Below, one piece after another: positions 15,496 to 18,624 of a stretch of DNA of 18,624 nt. Below the pieces are notes generated by a model, which did no database searches, was not told the DNA's origin, and was given only the letters and a program-made list of their open reading frames with translations. The stretch is from a virus. Taxonomy: Duplodnaviria > Heunggongvirae > Uroviricota > Caudoviricetes. Location of the stretch: IMG/VR virus record IMGVR_UViG_3300029288_007068; one strand, written 5' to 3'. The position numbers were made by a program, and so were the translations under genes. The first letter of the stretch is position 1, and each line of letters opens with the position of its first letter.

Positions 15496-16598
15496 ATCAT
15501 ACTCCTTACAATCTTTTTGGCATCTTCTACTGTAAGTGGAATGGGATTTTGGTCGAAAGCGGGTTGAAGGGATTCGATTCCATTGAGGAGGATATTTAGT
15601 TTTGCGTCGGTATCTACTCCAAGAGATTTTAAGTTTGCATAGGGAACATCCAACATATTACAAAGGTCAAAGACTATATCAGCCAATATAGGAATATGAT
15701 ATTCAAAGCCATGGTCGACGTTAAAGGCAACAAGATGTGGAAGAAAGACCGCAGACGCGAGTCCATGAGGAACGTTAAAGTGCGTTCCAAGAATATAAGA
15801 CATAGCGCCAGCGGGTCCACTTCCCGAGTTCATTAATCCCGCGCCAGCCAGCCATGCGCCTTGCATTAAGCGCCCCAAGACTTTGATGTTTGTATGGTCG
15901 CCTATGCTTGGGAGATTCTGAAGGAGGATATCTATAGCTGACTCTGAAAAAGACCGCGTAATGAGATTCGATTTTGTTGCGCCATAGCCTTCAATGGCAT
16001 GAGTGAGTGCGTCCATGCCAGATGAGACGAGGGTTGACCGCGGACAGGTTTGAACAAGGTGCGGGTCGAGAATGGCAAGTTTTGGGAAGTTGAGAAGGGA
16101 ATTGATTCCGAGTTTCTTTTTTGTTTCTGTGTCTATAAAGACTGCGTTATAAGTGACATCGGAACCGGAGCCAGCAGTGGTTGGGAGGGCAAAGACTGGG
16201 ATTGGTTGTTTTAAGTTTTTTGGGAAGCCCCGGTATGAAAGTGCATCACCATAGTTGGTTGTCAGAGTGGCAAGTCCTTTGGCGAAATCGATGACTGAGC
16301 CACCGCCAATGGCGACGAAAGCATCTACATGACCAAAGAATTCTCGGTTTTCTTGCATGGTTTTGTCAAGTAGCCGGTAAGTCGGTTCTTTATCTGCGTA
16401 CAATATAAGGAGGCGAGAAGGGAAGTAGGAATCCAACTCACCGACGACCTGACTGCCGTATTCTGTTGTAAAAACATTTTTATCCATGACGAGAGTGATA
16501 TCTTTATGCTTATCTTCTAAGAGATATTTTGGAAGTTCAAGCGCTTTCTTTTCGCCAAAGATAGTATGCGTTTTTAGATTGAATTCAAAAGCTTCCAT
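15492..16598 (-). CDS. Iron-containing alcohol dehydrogenase family protein (KdnB-like by context), 368 aa
   Basis: AIGGGSVIDFAK, PTTAGSGS, KKLGINS, GMDALTHAIE, PHG. Confidence 0.9.
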   Translation of the reverse strand: MEAFEFNLKTHTIFGEKKALELPKYLLEDKHKDITLVMDKNVFTTEYGSQVVGELDSYFPSRLLILYADKEPTYRLLDKTMQENREFFGHVDAFVAIGGGSVIDFAKGLATLTTNYGDALSYRGFPKNLKQPIPVFALPTTAGSGSDVTYNAVFIDTETKKKLGINSLLNFPKLAILDPHLVQTCPRSTLVSSGMDALTHAIEGYGATKSNLITRSFSESAIDILLQNLPSIGDHTNIKVLGRLMQGAWLAGAGLMNSGSGPAGAMSYILGTHFNVPHGLASAVFLPHLVAFNVDHGFEYHIPILADIVFDLCNMLDVPYANLKSLGVDTDAKLNILLNGIESLQPAFDQNPIPLTVEDAKKIVRSMI

Positions 16599-17680
16599 TT
16601 GCCACCCTTCTTTTCAAATAAGTTTTTGTTGTAATGAGTTTCTACTATATCCCAGAATTGGCGTTCTGTATAGTGACTGAACTTGAGATAGTGTTCGAGA
16701 GATGTCGGGTCAAGTTGTGCGTCTTTCTCCCTTACTAAAGGTATTGCCTCTTCGCGGGTCATTTGGTTATCGCGAATAAGGCGAGAACACATATCGGTAA
16801 CTTGACGATGCCCGAGTTTAGGATACTTAAGCCATGGGTCGACAAGATAGGCAAAATCGTCTATTTGATTGTAATCATCTATCCACCCAATTCTATTCCA
16901 CTCACCAGTGTCGTTTAGGGATTTCCATCCGAGTTGCTTTGCCACAAGCATGTGTTCATATCCACTCCAATTAAAATAGTATGACATAAAACGTGGACTT
17001 ATGTCAGCCTCCGACATAAGACGTGCATCGGGATACTCAGCATATGGAACGTCTTTCATACTCACGTTAGCTTTCGCCCAAATCGAAGCATCGAAGGTTT
17101 TGACCGCATCATTATTTATTTGTTGATAGGCGTATGGAGTATCTTCTTTGAGAGGACCTCCATATTCAAGGCTGGAATTTTCGCCATAAAAGACAAGTGG
17201 GATATTGAGTCTGATTGACATCCAAATCGGATAAGTATAAATGTATCGGTCAAAGAGATACGCAGTATAACCGGCGTGTTCGAAGATAGTTCGTGATAAC
17301 TTCCTGTTGACTTCATTGTTTGAATGTAAGCAAATGGCTTCTACTCCAAACTTATCTTGCATGAGTTGAAAGTTTTCTAACCCGGTTTGCGTCCAATCGC
17401 CATTCCAGACGCTGACAAGGAGTGGATTCATGTGATACTTGTCTACGAGCTGATGGACTTGCCAGAATGAATCTTTCCCGGAACTGACAGCAACAATGCA
17501 ATCGTTTTGGTCGGAATAACTCCTGTAAGTATCACAGAGTTTTGCAAAGGATTTTTGGCGGTTGCCCCAATTGATTGTCTTCTTATATTCGGTATGACGA
17601 CAAGCAGAACAAACACCATCTGAATCTATCGTAAGACCAGGTCGTGTATCGGGCATGACGCAACGGACACAATAGCGCAT
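16574..17680 (-). CDS. N-acetyl sugar amidotransferase (WbuX/PseA-like PP-loop ATPase), 368 aa
   Basis: YCVRCVMPDTRPG...GVCSAC, SSGKDS PP-loop, YGENS..EYGG, KYPKLG. Start re-called at 17680 with a GAGGAG SD. Confidence 0.9.
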   Translation of the reverse strand: MRYCVRCVMPDTRPGLTIDSDGVCSACRHTEYKKTINWGNRQKSFAKLCDTYRSYSDQNDCIVAVSSGKDSFWQVHQLVDKYHMNPLLVSVWNGDWTQTGLENFQLMQDKFGVEAICLHSNNEVNRKLSRTIFEHAGYTAYLFDRYIYTYPIWMSIRLNIPLVFYGENSSLEYGGPLKEDTPYAYQQINNDAVKTFDASIWAKANVSMKDVPYAEYPDARLMSEADISPRFMSYYFNWSGYEHMLVAKQLGWKSLNDTGEWNRIGWIDDYNQIDDFAYLVDPWLKYPKLGHRQVTDMCSRLIRDNQMTREEAIPLVREKDAQLDPTSLEHYLKFSHYTERQFWDIVETHYNKNLFEKKGGKWKLLNSI

Positions 17681-17691
17681 TCTTTCTCTCC

Positions 17692-17919
17692 TCAATTCCC
17701 TAAAGGATTATCAGTATTTAAAGTTTTAGATTCACTTAATAGTTGTCTCTTTTTCGCAAGATATCTTCTTGCCGACTCTCGTCGAGATGGTGGACGAGCG
17801 TTAGATTCGAAACAAGCTCTATAAGTCACACCGGTTGATTCTTTACCCCAAAGTTTACAATGTCGACGATAGTAATACTTCCTCATCTTTTGATATCTTT
17901 GTTTTCCTTTTTCGCTCAC
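17692..17919 (-). CDS. Small highly basic hypothetical protein, 75 aa
   Basis: The GTG start overlaps the ERCC4 stop (GTGA at 17916-17919) and the ORF fills the gap; Arg/Lys-rich. Confidence 0.5.
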   Translation of the reverse strand: MSEKGKQRYQKMRKYYYRRHCKLWGKESTGVTYRACFESNARPPSRRESARRYLAKKRQLLSESKTLNTDNPLGN

Positions 17920-18584
17920 GACAAAACTTCCTTGATTTTCTTTGCCTTGTTTTCAGTTATTCCCTCTACTTTCATGAGTTCTTCGATGGACGCATTGACA
18001 AGTTTGGAAACCGAATTATCGAAGTGTTGTAATAGGTTTGGAATGACTGTAGCTCCAACGCTGGGAAGACCCTTAACAAAGTATTTGGCGAAATCGTCTT
18101 TGGTTACAGAATGCCGTTTCGGGATGTAAAGATAAGACTCATAAAGTTCTCGTTGACCATCGTAGAACTTGTTGACAGTTTCAAGGATGAAGTGAGTGAA
18201 GAATGGACCGACGAATTGGATGGGCACACCATTGTGAGCGAAGGATGATGTAGCAATCCCTTTGATGACATTTGGGTGAAGCTGTGGGTTTTTGGTGATG
18301 CAATCCATGATACCATCGTAGCCTTCTATTATGAGGAATGGATATTTATAGGCTTGACGCAATTCATAGAGTTGTTGCTTTAGTTTTCCGCTTAAGGCAG
18401 AAGTGATGAAATCCATGAGTTTTTTACGTTCCCACCCAATGAGGTTGTCAGTTGTGCAACCATCGCCGGTTATGGTCTTTACTTCTATTGATTCTATGTT
18501 TGGATATTTGTCTTTGTGGTCCGCGAAGTATGAAGTAATTTGTTGAATTGTATCTTGTTCTCGGGAATCGATTATGATATTCAT
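17916..18584 (-). CDS. Stand-alone ERCC4 (XPF/Mus81 family) structure-specific nuclease with C-terminal HhH motifs, 222 aa
   Basis: IIIDSRE, GD, ERKK..DF..S, LIIEG, then GLPSVG and VEGITENKA HhH motifs. GGAG SD before the ATG at 18584. Confidence 0.92.
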   Translation of the reverse strand: MNIIIDSREQDTIQQITSYFADHKDKYPNIESIEVKTITGDGCTTDNLIGWERKKLMDFITSALSGKLKQQLYELRQAYKYPFLIIEGYDGIMDCITKNPQLHPNVIKGIATSSFAHNGVPIQFVGPFFTHFILETVNKFYDGQRELYESYLYIPKRHSVTKDDFAKYFVKGLPSVGATVIPNLLQHFDNSVSKLVNASIEELMKVEGITENKAKKIKEVLS

Positions 18585-18622
18585 GTTACTCCTAAGATGA
18601 AGAGAACAGTCCACATGGATGC
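18581..18622 (-). CDS. 3' end of an upstream gene (partial), hydrophobic C-terminus
   Basis: The frame reads ...ASMWTVLFILGVT* and its stop forms an ATGA overlap with the ERCC4 start. Confidence 0.35.
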   Translation of the reverse strand, partial: ASMWTVLFILGVT

Positions 18623-18624
18623 TG

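Larger units (their letters stand above)
1..18624 (-). mobile_element. Probable segment of an archaeal virus/provirus or other mobile element
   Basis: Unidirectional coupled gene train, virus-type small ORFs, homing-endonuclease-like and TasH-like genes, solo ERCC4, GGTGA SD motifs. No capsid, terminase or integrase gene in the window. Confidence 0.5.

Noticed and set aside
4-18129. All plus-strand ORFs in the track (for example 2033-2449, 4006-4431, 14824-15183)
   Set aside because: They lie antisense to well-supported minus-strand genes and show no recognisable motifs; treated as shadow ORFs.
2706-18316. Short nested minus-strand ORFs (2706-2948, 10288-10500, 17116-17316, 18104-18316)
   Set aside because: They are out-of-frame and wholly inside confident genes, with no motifs.
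1927-18614. Longest-ORF start calls at 2034, 3084, 4021, 6634, 6924, 7849, 8469, 12938, 17695 and 18614
   Set aside because: Downstream ATGs have better SD motifs and/or exact stop-start coupling and match the expected family N-termini.
1-18624. TIGR array or CRISPR array
   Set aside because: I inspected every apparent gap and weak ORF (1-529, 6541-6867, 8428-8507, 10808-11094, 17692-17919) by eye and saw no periodic repeats. All but the 80-bp gap are explained by coupled ORFs. A computational periodicity scan would be more sensitive.
1-18624. tRNA or rRNA genes
   Set aside because: No cloverleaf or rRNA-like sequence was seen, and there is essentially no non-coding space.

Overview
All credible genes in this 18.6 kb window lie on the minus strand. 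About 28 CDS are packed almost without gaps, and 11 junctions are ATGA/GTGA stop-start overlaps. Most genes form a large biosynthesis and tailoring cluster for ulosonic-acid (sialic acid/Kdo-like) sugars: NeuB-like synthase, NeuA- and KdsB-type cytidylyltransferases, HpcH aldolase, KdnA-like aminotransferase, Fe-ADH, WbuX-type amidotransferase, SDR, HAD, 2-hydroxyacid dehydrogenase, two radical SAM enzymes, two methyltransferases, a cupin and one candidate transferase. Interleaved are virus-type small ORFs, tiny membrane proteins, a sequon-rich membrane-anchored protein, a free-standing homing-endonuclease-like gene and a stand-alone ERCC4 nuclease. The most striking gene (8508-9347) fuses an HNH-type Zn module to an IS110/Nop-like domain, the architecture of TasH from RNA-guided TIGR-Tas systems. 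I found no TIGR array in the window, and its HNH active site looks degenerate. GGTGA/GGAGG ribosome-binding motifs and gene content suggest an archaeal virus or integrated element (inference). All family assignments come from motifs recognised by eye, not from database searches.
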